Source: a virus (lineage: Duplodnaviria; Caudoviricetes). Taken from it: a stretch of DNA of 31,993 bases. Both the position numbers and the translations under genes were made by a program. The stretch is from positions 1 to 31,993 of IMG/VR virus record IMGVR_UViG_3300012953_000114. One strand, given 5' to 3'. Below the pieces are notes generated by a model. That model ran no database searches. It was not told where the DNA came from and saw only the letters and a program-made list of their open reading frames with translations. Shown here one piece after another: positions 8,359-16,035 of the stretch (position 1 is its first letter; every line of letters begins with the position of its first letter).

Positions 8359-9303
8359 ATGAAAAAAGAAAACCAAAAAACAAAACCGGAAGTCGTCGAA
8401 GATTTGCCATTCAGCGAATACCAATCGCGACCCGGAATAAATAACTCGAGCCTCCACGACATCGACGGCGACCGTCGCGACGCTGGTTGTCCGGCCAAGT
8501 TTCATTTTAACCACGTCCTCGGGATGAAGGATCAATCGAACTCAGACTCGGAACCTCTTCGGTTTGGGCGGGCGTTGCATTCTTACGTTCTAACGCGGGA
8601 CGAGTTCGACGAGGAATACATTGTCGAGGATGAGGAACTTTATCAGCGAATACTGAGCGAGGCGAACGCCGAACAAATCGAGCAAGGCCGAAAACCGTCG
8701 ACCAAGTTTTCGAAAAATCTCGGGGCGTGGAAAGCGTTTAAAGCATCGATCGCCGGAACAGGTAAGGAACTATTAAGCGCGGACGCATTCGAAACCATTC
8801 AGAACATGAACCGAAGCGTCTCCGATCCAGTCCAAGCACTCGACCCGAGAACCGCCGAAGTTCTTAACAGCAATCTAAAAACCGAGCTTTCGTTATTCGC
8901 ACAACTTGACGACGGGCGCGGGAACTTGATCGATTGCAAAGCGCGACTCGATGCGATCGACCTCGATGGCGGCGTTATCTATGACCTAAAGAGCCTCGGC
9001 GAATGGAATCCGGGGAACTCGATTGCTCAATGGTCGTGGTGGATGCAAGCCGCATTTTATTGCGACTTAACCAAGGCTTGCGGTTTGTGCGACGATCCGC
9101 GCTTCGGATGGATATTCGTCCGCAAGTCGCCGCCTTACGAATCACAACTACATTTTGCCGAGCGCGAGTTACTCAAGGCCGGACGGATTAAGTATCGTCA
9201 ACACCTCCAACAGATTCACGATTGCCGGGAGTCGGGCAAATGGGGCGGACATCGTCCAGTTATGTATCCGCGCTGGTTACAAGAGATTGTCGATCACATA
9301 TAA
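8359..9303 (+). CDS. RecE/exonuclease VIII-like PD-(D/E)XK nuclease (DUF3799-like)
   Basis: EYQSRPGINNSSL, FGRALHSYVL, CKARLD, IYDLKS and QAAFY motifs. Confidence 0.85.
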   Translation: MKKENQKTKPEVVEDLPFSEYQSRPGINNSSLHDIDGDRRDAGCPAKFHFNHVLGMKDQSNSDSEPLRFGRALHSYVLTRDEFDEEYIVEDEELYQRILSEANAEQIEQGRKPSTKFSKNLGAWKAFKASIAGTGKELLSADAFETIQNMNRSVSDPVQALDPRTAEVLNSNLKTELSLFAQLDDGRGNLIDCKARLDAIDLDGGVIYDLKSLGEWNPGNSIAQWSWWMQAAFYCDLTKACGLCDDPRFGWIFVRKSPPYESQLHFAERELLKAGRIKYRQHLQQIHDCRESGKWGGHRPVMYPRWLQEIVDHI

Positions 9304-9779
9304 TGAGATACGAAAAGCCAAACAAAGCGGAATCGCTACTCGCCGATTGGGTCGGAGAGAATCGGCAAGGGGTCGCGAATCGAAAGCAACTCAACAACCG
9401 CAAATATTCGAACAAGGACGACGCGGAGATTCACAAACTCGGCGCACTCGGCGAGCTTATGTTCGCGAAGTTGTTCCGGTTGTATCCCGATTCCTTTTTC
9501 GATGATTATTACGGCAAGCTTAAAGGATGGGACATAACCATCGAGTCGTTAATCGGGATCGACGTTAAGACCACGACGACCGATCCCGGCGCGTTAATTG
9601 TCCCGCGCTATCGGAAGAACAACCCCGCGCCGTTTTATGCTCTCATGCTTAACCGGGGCGATCGGTTCTATTACGCCGGAGCGATCAAGGGCTCGGACGT
9701 ATTCACCGACGAAAGGCTCGACGGTTATATTTATCGCGTCCCGCTTCAAGCACTCAAGGCCGGGAGAATTTGGGAATGA
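9303..9779 (+). CDS. Restriction-endonuclease-fold PD-(D/E)XK nuclease
   Basis: GALGE...GWD...IDVKTT motif; ATG 9303 overlaps the upstream TAA. Confidence 0.65.
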   Translation: MRYEKPNKAESLLADWVGENRQGVANRKQLNNRKYSNKDDAEIHKLGALGELMFAKLFRLYPDSFFDDYYGKLKGWDITIESLIGIDVKTTTTDPGALIVPRYRKNNPAPFYALMLNRGDRFYYAGAIKGSDVFTDERLDGYIYRVPLQALKAGRIWE

Positions 9780-10411
9780 TTGTAATGCCTTCAAATAATT
9801 GCGGGTTCGATTGCGGACTTCTGTTCGGTCGGTTTCCCGGTCGACTCGCACACTTGCATAACCCGGACAGACTTGCTGAACCTAAAAGCGGCGTCCCGTG
9901 GGCTCTCGATAATGGCGTTTTCGGGGCATGGACTTCGGGCAAACCTTGGGACGAACAACCCTTTTATGCTTTCCTCGAGCGTTATCATATCTTTAAACCC
10001 ACATTTACCGTGGTTCCCGACGTAATAACGAACCGAGAGGAAACACTAGCATCTTGGAAGATTCATGCTCCGACGATTTCACTTTTCAAAACACCGTTGG
10101 CAATCGCTGTACAAGACGGGATGAAACCTTGCGATCTTGATAACTTAGAACCCGCGCCGGACGTCGTTTTTATCGGGGGTTCGACCTCGTGGAAATGGCG
10201 CAACTTGTCAATGTGGACGAAGAATTTCAAAAGGGTTCACGTTGGGCGCGTCAACAGTGAACAGTCTTTATGGGCGGCGCATGATAGCGGTGCGGAGAGT
10301 TGCGACGGAACGGGATTCTTTAGAGGGGGGCCGGAGAGATTAAAACCGCTTATTAACTACCTAGAGCATTCGACCGCCGGAGGTCGTCCACAAGAAGAAT
10401 TATGTATATAG
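9776..10411 (+). CDS. Short TGT-fold (DpdA-like) guanine transglycosylase
   Basis: WALDNGVF, VVPDV, AVQDG, FIGGS, VHVGRV and ESCDGTG occur in the order of TGT/DpdA barrel motifs; adjacent to folE and queD. Confidence 0.7.
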   Translation: MIVMPSNNCGFDCGLLFGRFPGRLAHLHNPDRLAEPKSGVPWALDNGVFGAWTSGKPWDEQPFYAFLERYHIFKPTFTVVPDVITNREETLASWKIHAPTISLFKTPLAIAVQDGMKPCDLDNLEPAPDVVFIGGSTSWKWRNLSMWTKNFKRVHVGRVNSEQSLWAAHDSGAESCDGTGFFRGGPERLKPLINYLEHSTAGGRPQEELCI

Positions 10412-10743
10412 ATAAAATCTATCGACACAAACAAACTCGCAAAATTTTATTTAAAATAGCGAAACACTTTGAAACAAATGGAGATACTCCAAGATGGAAT
10501 AAACCTTGTATAAATAAACTGATAACAGCTATCGAGAATGGACGATTTACATTTATAAAAATGAGTGACGGGAAAACATATTCTCCAAAGGGAAAGGACA
10601 GTTTAAAACAGATAAGTAAATTTTTTAACATTGGTGGATTACCTCCTCATCAAAACAGGAGTTCAGGAATCGCCGCGATTAGGGCTATGGCTGAAGGCGA
10701 AATCGATTTAATCGACTCTGACGGTCGGAGGTTTTGGGAATGA
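10402..10743 (+). CDS. AT-rich protein with two repeats of an RHH-like domain
   Basis: LFKIAKHF...KPCINKLITAIENGRF and LKQISKFF...RSSGIAAIRAMAEGEI both resemble ORF 13417-13590. Confidence 0.5.
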   Translation: MYIDKIYRHKQTRKILFKIAKHFETNGDTPRWNKPCINKLITAIENGRFTFIKMSDGKTYSPKGKDSLKQISKFFNIGGLPPHQNRSSGIAAIRAMAEGEIDLIDSDGRRFWE

Positions 10744-11243
10744 AACACGAAATAAATTTACCCGATTTCATTCCGCCCTCCGCCGTCGCCCGATGGGAAA
10801 AGGCTATTCGAGAAATGACGACCCCGGCGGAACCTACAGGGATAGAAACATCTTTTGATTACAACTTCGGCGAGATAATAATCTCGACCGGGATTCCGTT
10901 CGCATCATTGTGCGAACACCACCTTTTTCCTTTTTTCGGAACCGTCGACGTCGGTTATATTCCCGAAAGGAAAATTATCGGACTCTCGAAACTAGCGCGA
11001 ACGGTCGAGGCACTTTCGAAGAGAATACAAACGCAAGAGAGTTTTGCCGATTCAATAGCCGATGCCATTTATAACGCTTCGCATTCCGAGGAATACGACT
11101 CGGGCGTTGCCGTTAAAATAATAGGAACTCACACTTGCCAAACTTGCCGAGGGGTTAGGAAAAGCGGAAAAATGATAACAGTAACGACACGAGGAATGTT
11201 CGACGACAACTCGCGGCGCGAATTTTTGGAACTCATCAAATGA
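10740..11243 (+). CDS. folE: GTP cyclohydrolase I
   Basis: SLCEHHLFPF, IGLSKLAR, RIQTQE and HTCQTCRGV motifs. Confidence 0.95.
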   Translation: MKHEINLPDFIPPSAVARWEKAIREMTTPAEPTGIETSFDYNFGEIIISTGIPFASLCEHHLFPFFGTVDVGYIPERKIIGLSKLARTVEALSKRIQTQESFADSIADAIYNASHSEEYDSGVAVKIIGTHTCQTCRGVRKSGKMITVTTRGMFDDNSRREFLELIK

Positions 11244-11599
11244 AAATATCCTGTTTTAAATCCTTTAAATTTTCGGCGGCGCACTTTTTGGAAAACCTTC
11301 CAGAAGGGCATCCTTGCGGGCGCGTTCATGGACACAACTACAAATTGACGGTCGAGGTTTTCGGAACTCCGGACTCTTCCGGGTTCATTATGGATTTTCA
11401 CAAAATCAAAGAGGAGGTTACTCCGTTGATAAAAAAGATTGATCACCATAACATAAACGAAACCATATCGCCGTCGACGTCGGAAGGGATTGCTTTATGG
11501 TTTTATAAGAATCTAAAAAAGAAAATCCCCGGAATAATTTCGATTACCGTAAAAGAAACCGATACTTGCGGCGCAATTGTTCGGGAGGATTTGGGATAA
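11240..11599 (+). CDS. queD: 6-carboxy-5,6,7,8-tetrahydropterin synthase
   Basis: FSAAH...CGRVHGHNY, MDF, DHHNIN, STSEGIA and VKET motifs. Confidence 0.93.
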   Translation: MKISCFKSFKFSAAHFLENLPEGHPCGRVHGHNYKLTVEVFGTPDSSGFIMDFHKIKEEVTPLIKKIDHHNINETISPSTSEGIALWFYKNLKKKIPGIISITVKETDTCGAIVREDLG

Positions 11600-11601
11600 T
11601 A

Positions 11602-11796
11602 AGGGCAACTAAAGGGCAACCGATATGATTAAACCGCTTAAACGCTTACAAAATAAAGGATTGTTACTTACCGATACAGCCGATAGGAAGGGTAAGGAAC
11701 GACAAGGAATCCCGCATAAAATAAGGGAACCCAAACGGCGACGGGTTGCAACGGATTGCAACGGGTCGTATCGAGAGGGCAACTTAAGGGCAACCG
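11602..11796. other. Candidate attP site
   Basis: Flanking 21-bp direct repeats, each holding tandem AGGGCAAC; central inverted repeat; two AAAATAA boxes; three 10-bp tandem repeats. Confidence 0.6.
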
Positions 11797-11809
11797 GAAA
11801 GGGGGCGGG

Positions 11810-13090
11810 TTGAACTTCTTCTCGTGCTTTTCGGGCATCGAGGCCGCGAGCGTTGCGTTCGATCCTCTCGGGTTCGAATGCGTCGGGTTCTCCGAAATCG
11901 ATCCGTTTTGTTGCGAGCTATTAAAGACCCGATTTCCGACCGTTCGGAATTATGGAGACATCGAACAATATAAACAATGGGACATCGAACCCGGATCAAT
12001 TAGATTTCTTTGCGGGGGGAGTCCTTGCCAAAGCTACTCCACCAGCGGAAACCGGAAAGGCTTGGAAGACCCTCGCGGAAACCTCGCGCTCGTCTATTTT
12101 GGATTTCTTGAACGACTCCGCCCCCGTTGGTTACTTCTCGAAAACGTCCCCGGTATCCTGTCGAGTAACGGAGGGCGGGACTTTGGAACCTTGCTCGGGA
12201 AATTGGCAAAACTCGGGTATGGGTTCGCCTATTGCATTCTTGACGCTCAGAACTTCGGAGTCCCGCAACGCCGCCGCCGAGTCTTTCTTGTCGGACATTC
12301 TGGAGGAGACTGGCGACGTCCCGCCGCGGTATTATTTAACCGCGAAAGCGTGTTCGGGAATCTTGAGGCGGGCGAGATCCAAGGGGAAGGAACTTCCGCC
12401 GGAACTTCGGGAAGCACTCGAAAACGGGACGTCGTCGGAGCGTTAACCGCCTCGCCCAAAAATCACGCGGGAAGCTACACGGGACAAGACGCCTACCAAA
12501 ACAAATTGATTCCGGTAAGAACTCCGAACCATTGGGCCGCGGAAAACAAACCCCATCCGGCACTAACTCAATCGTCCTCGAGTGGTTTACCGGGTTACAG
12601 TAATCAAGAGTTGTTCTCCCAACGCGGCGAGGGTTTAGTCGGGGCAAATAGATTCTACAATGAAAATCCATGCAAAGGCACAGTAAAATCTGAAAAAGTG
12701 TCTCAAACCTTACTAGCACGAGCTGGAACCGGGGGGGGAAATCTTCCTATAGTTATTCCCATTCACAACCAAGCAACACGCCACCAAGGAAACGACGGAC
12801 GAGGTAAGGGGAACGGACTCGGCGTCGGGAATGCCGGCGATCCGTCGCCAACAATTACGGCAACCGACAACCATTCGGTCGCGCTCGGTTCAAGCGTTCG
12901 ACGACTCACTCCGAGAGAATGCGAACGACTCCAAGGGTTCCCGGACGACTGGACGAAAATCGCTTACCGAGGACGGACGGCGGACAAATGCGCCGACGCC
13001 CCCCGTTATCACGCTCTCGGCAACTCTTGGGCGGTTCCCGTCGTCCGTTGGATAGGCGAACGGATTAAAGAGGTCGACGCGTGGACATAA
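11810..13090 (+). CDS. DNA (cytosine-5) methyltransferase
   Basis: Motif I FSGIEA, IV GGSPCQ, VI ENVPG, VIII PQRRRRVF, IX RRLTPRECERLQGFP and X LGNS. TTG start at 11810 after a G-rich RBS-like tract. Confidence 0.95.
   Translation: MNFFSCFSGIEAASVAFDPLGFECVGFSEIDPFCCELLKTRFPTVRNYGDIEQYKQWDIEPGSIRFLCGGSPCQSYSTSGNRKGLEDPRGNLALVYFGFLERLRPRWLLLENVPGILSSNGGRDFGTLLGKLAKLGYGFAYCILDAQNFGVPQRRRRVFLVGHSGGDWRRPAAVLFNRESVFGNLEAGEIQGEGTSAGTSGSTRKRDVVGALTASPKNHAGSYTGQDAYQNKLIPVRTPNHWAAENKPHPALTQSSSSGLPGYSNQELFSQRGEGLVGANRFYNENPCKGTVKSEKVSQTLLARAGTGGGNLPIVIPIHNQATRHQGNDGRGKGNGLGVGNAGDPSPTITATDNHSVALGSSVRRLTPRECERLQGFPDDWTKIAYRGRTADKCADAPRYHALGNSWAVPVVRWIGERIKEVDAWT
11952..12446 (+). CDS. Nested +1-frame ORF resembling the M.EcoHK31I beta-subunit N-terminal region
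   Basis: WQNSGM...SESRNAAAESFLSDILE...RYYLTAKACSGILRRARSKGKELPPEL; lies entirely inside the MTase gene. Confidence 0.65.
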   Translation: METSNNINNGTSNPDQLDFFAGGVLAKATPPAETGKAWKTLAETSRSSILDFLNDSAPVGYFSKTSPVSCRVTEGGTLEPCSGNWQNSGMGSPIAFLTLRTSESRNAAAESFLSDILEETGDVPPRYYLTAKACSGILRRARSKGKELPPELREALENGTSSER

Positions 13091-13344
13091 AAAGAGCCTC
13101 GCCAAAAGACGCGATCGAGTTCGTTCGCAAGCATAACCCCGACGCCTTATCCGCCGACGGTTTAGATTACGCCATTATCGGCTCGACGTTGACGCCTCCC
13201 GTCCTTGTTTACTCAATGGCTCAGATCATAGCCGGATTGATTCGGGAGGGCTTAAACCGCGACGAGGCTCTCGATCATTATTATTTTAACATTGCGGGCG
13301 CGTTTGTCGGGCGGGAAACGCCTATTTTTTTAAGCGACTTCTAG
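13081..13344 (+). CDS. Conserved phage hypothetical protein
   Basis: ADGLDYAIIG...VYS...EALDHYYFNIAGAFVGRETPIF pattern recalled as common in phages. Confidence 0.7.
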   Translation: MDIKRASPKDAIEFVRKHNPDALSADGLDYAIIGSTLTPPVLVYSMAQIIAGLIREGLNRDEALDHYYFNIAGAFVGRETPIFLSDF

Positions 13345-13354
13345 TCATTTTCAC

Positions 13355-13382
13355 TTGAAAAGGTATCCCCCTTGCTTATTAT
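13355..13382 (+). promoter_or_regulatory. Sigma70-like promoter for the RHH-integrase operon
   Basis: TTGAAA-N16-TATTAT with AGGTATCCCCCT in the spacer. Confidence 0.55.
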
Positions 13383-13416
13383 GTTAATCATCGGGCAACA
13401 AAAACCGATTAATACA

Positions 13417-13590
13417 ATGAAAACAACCCAAAGGAAAAATATTAAACTCCTTCCCGCCTGTTGGAACGCACTCGATCAAATAGCCGAGAAAGTTGGCGCG
13501 ACCTACCGGGGGCGTCCGTCTTGGCGGACAATGGTTCGCAAGCTTGCCGAGGGAAAACTTAAGATCGAGGACAATGGCGAAGGCAATTAA
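13417..13590 (+). CDS. RHH-like DNA-binding protein upstream of the integrase
   Basis: RKNIKLLPACWNALDQIAEKVG...RPSWRTMVRKLAEGKLKI; likely start ATG 13417. Confidence 0.6.
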   Translation: MKTTQRKNIKLLPACWNALDQIAEKVGATYRGRPSWRTMVRKLAEGKLKIEDNGEGN

Positions 13591-14716
13591 ATTTAAACCG
13601 ACGCACACTCCGAAAGGTTGGCGGATTAATATTCCGGCCTCGGTTACCGGAACGACGCGGAAACGCGAGTTCTTCCCGACCCGAGAGAAGGCGAACGCCC
13701 GAGCCGCCGAATTAAGAGAGAGATTCGCCGAGCATGGTTCTCAAGCGATTCAGCTAACCCAACGCCAACAAACCGACGCCGACGTTGCCCTCGAGATTCT
13801 CGACGGACGAGGGACGCTTACCGACGCGGCGCGTTGCTTTGTGCAACATCTCGAGCGCGAACGGAAGTCGGTCACCTTCGAAGAACTAACGAACGATTAC
13901 CGGGAAACGCGACCTCTCTCGAAGGACGCTAGTAACATTTATTTTTATCTCGAGACGCGATTCGGAAAGTATTTCGAAGGATTAAAGACGTTCGAGATTA
14001 CGCCGAAGAATATCGACGACGCTCTCTCCGCCGAGGAATTAACCCCGGCGACGCGGAACACTTACCTCCGAAGGTTTACGACCGTTTTTCGTTTTGGAAT
14101 CAAGCGGGGATACCACGAAAAGAACCCGGTCGAACTTCTCGACCTCTTACCGACGACGCGACGCGCTCCCGACGTGCTTACGCCCGAACAGGCTCGGACA
14201 TTCCTCGAGGCCGCGCAAACGCTCGAGGGCGGCGACGCTTTGGCCTATATCGTTTTGTGTTTGCTTTGTGGCATTCGTTCCGGCGAGGCGCATCGAGTAA
14301 AATGGGACGACGTCAAACTCGATGGAGATAACCCGACGATTTATCTTCAATATACTAAGACGGGCGTCGACCGTTATGTTGATCTCGAGCCGAACGCGGT
14401 CGCGTGGTTAAGGTTAATTAAGAATCGAGAGGGTTACTGTTCGAAGCTTACTAAGCATCAGAGAATATGGAGGCTTCGCAAGCTTCGCAAGATCGCCGGA
14501 ATTACCGACTGGCAAAATCACACTTTAAGACATACCGCTTGCTCTTATTACTGGGCATACCATAAGGACGAGGGCGCGTTAACGAACTGGGCGGGTCATA
14601 CGATACAGATTAATCTTAAACATTACCGCCGAGCTATTACTCGCGAGGATGCTATAAAGTTTTGGTCGATCTTTCCCGGCGGCGTTGAGGTTCCGGCGTT
14701 GCGATCGATTGCTTAA
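13574..14716 (+). CDS. int: Tyrosine integrase
   Basis: N-terminal arm-binding-like WRINIP...KREFF; catalytic GIRSGE, TKT, HTLRH, AGHT and HY residues. Confidence 0.92.
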   Translation: MAKAIKFKPTHTPKGWRINIPASVTGTTRKREFFPTREKANARAAELRERFAEHGSQAIQLTQRQQTDADVALEILDGRGTLTDAARCFVQHLERERKSVTFEELTNDYRETRPLSKDASNIYFYLETRFGKYFEGLKTFEITPKNIDDALSAEELTPATRNTYLRRFTTVFRFGIKRGYHEKNPVELLDLLPTTRRAPDVLTPEQARTFLEAAQTLEGGDALAYIVLCLLCGIRSGEAHRVKWDDVKLDGDNPTIYLQYTKTGVDRYVDLEPNAVAWLRLIKNREGYCSKLTKHQRIWRLRKLRKIAGITDWQNHTLRHTACSYYWAYHKDEGALTNWAGHTIQINLKHYRRAITREDAIKFWSIFPGGVEVPALRSIA

Positions 14717-15612
14717 GCTCCGAACTCGACGAGATCGAGCGAGCGTTCGAAGCTAACCCGACGCGTTGTCTCTTGCTTGTCTCGTTGGGTTCGATGGTAG
14801 AAAAACCGCAACCACACACAACCGAGAGGCTTCGGCGGGAACCCTCGAAGGTTTTCCCAATTTGCCGCGCCTTTTCCATAGTGTTCCTTATACCCTGGAA
14901 TTTGTAAATGCCACTGGGTCGGATGGTATATCTTGCCCGCTTGCGTTACCTTCCGGCGCTGAATGGGAAAAGACCAAGCTTCGTGAGAGTGTCCCGAGAT
15001 TAAGATATCGGCGTCGCTATACATTGCCCGCTTGCTTGCGTTGCCGATTCCCTTCGTCGTTCCGCCGCCCGCGCCGACGCCGTGGTGATAATCGATAAGA
15101 TAGGAATAAAACTCCGTCCCGATCTTAAACGTTAAGCGAACGAAACCAGTCACGCCGCCCGCGTGTAATTGGCTCGCAGGGTTTAATGTGTTGACCTTGT
15201 CGACGAATCGTTTCGTTATGTTTGTCTCGGTTCGTTGCGATACGCTCGCCTCGTGGTTGCCTGTTGCCACAAGCGCGAAGTTTTCCGCATAGGGCGCGAA
15301 GTAATTCGCCGCGTCGTTAATCACCGCGTCGAGGTAGTCGTTCCGGTTGTGTTCGGGTCGGACTTTGCTTTTGCTTCCCCGCAAGTCGCCGCGACCATTC
15401 ATCAAACAAAAGAGATCGCCGTTGTCGATAATTATCGCCTTACGCTCGATCGCTTTCTTTAAATGCTCGCTTTGTAATAGCCGATCCGACTTCGGATTAT
15501 CCCAATGACGGTCGCTTGTTAAGAGAACCCACTGTTCCCAATCGCGCCGAGCTTTCGCATCGACGACAACTTGAAGGACGTCCTTTTGTGTTTTGACCTT
15601 AAAGGGAACCAT
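14713..15612 (-). CDS. Calcineurin-like metallophosphoesterase
   Basis: SDRH, NGD, GNHE, HHG and GHSH metal-binding motifs. Confidence 0.85.
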   Translation of the reverse strand: MVPFKVKTQKDVLQVVVDAKARRDWEQWVLLTSDRHWDNPKSDRLLQSEHLKKAIERKAIIIDNGDLFCLMNGRGDLRGSKSKVRPEHNRNDYLDAVINDAANYFAPYAENFALVATGNHEASVSQRTETNITKRFVDKVNTLNPASQLHAGGVTGFVRLTFKIGTEFYSYLIDYHHGVGAGGGTTKGIGNASKRAMYSDADILISGHSHEAWSFPIQRRKVTQAGKIYHPTQWHLQIPGYKEHYGKGAANWENLRGFPPKPLGCVWLRFFYHRTQRDKQETTRRVSFERSLDLVEFGA

Positions 15613-15639
15613 ACGACCGCAACGAGGGAAGCGTTCAAT

Positions 15640-15671
15640 ATGTTACCCGTCCCGGCGGCGTCCTCATAGTT
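15640..15671 (-). promoter_or_regulatory. Late-type promoter motif copy (AACTATG-N19-TAACAT)
   Basis: Same bipartite motif as upstream of structural genes, pointing into the metallophosphoesterase. Confidence 0.55.
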
Positions 15672-16035
15672 GACAGCCTTTAAGATTTCTTTACAATTCA
15701 GCGAGTTTTAACCCTTCCCCCCTCTTATGGGGTCGCCGTTGAACGAGTGTAATTACCATAACACCTAGCGAATATGATTAATTATGGAGAATATATTTCT
15801 CTATGGTTATTTAGTGCGTTTTTGAATTTATGGAAATTAGAGGATTTTGGCCTCTTTTTGTAAGTCGCTTATTATTAGGTTCTTCTGGCGACGAAAAACG
15901 CACATCCGGGGCCGCGATTAAAAATCAAAATATACTGAGCCTTATAGCCACAGCAATTATGGATTTTATATATAGAAAACCTCGGCTTTATTGTTCTTGC
16001 GTAAGTTATGGGGATTATAAATATCGCGTCGATAA

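Noticed and set aside
7885-8535. 216-aa minus-strand ORF and similar antisense ORFs (e.g. 6145-6591, 27500-27940)
   Set aside because: Shadows of well-supported plus-strand genes, with no protein motifs.
11625-11813. 62-aa ORF and the upstream 11756 start for the MTase
   Set aside because: Both run through the repeat-structured attP-like DNA. MTase motif I begins right after TTG 11810.
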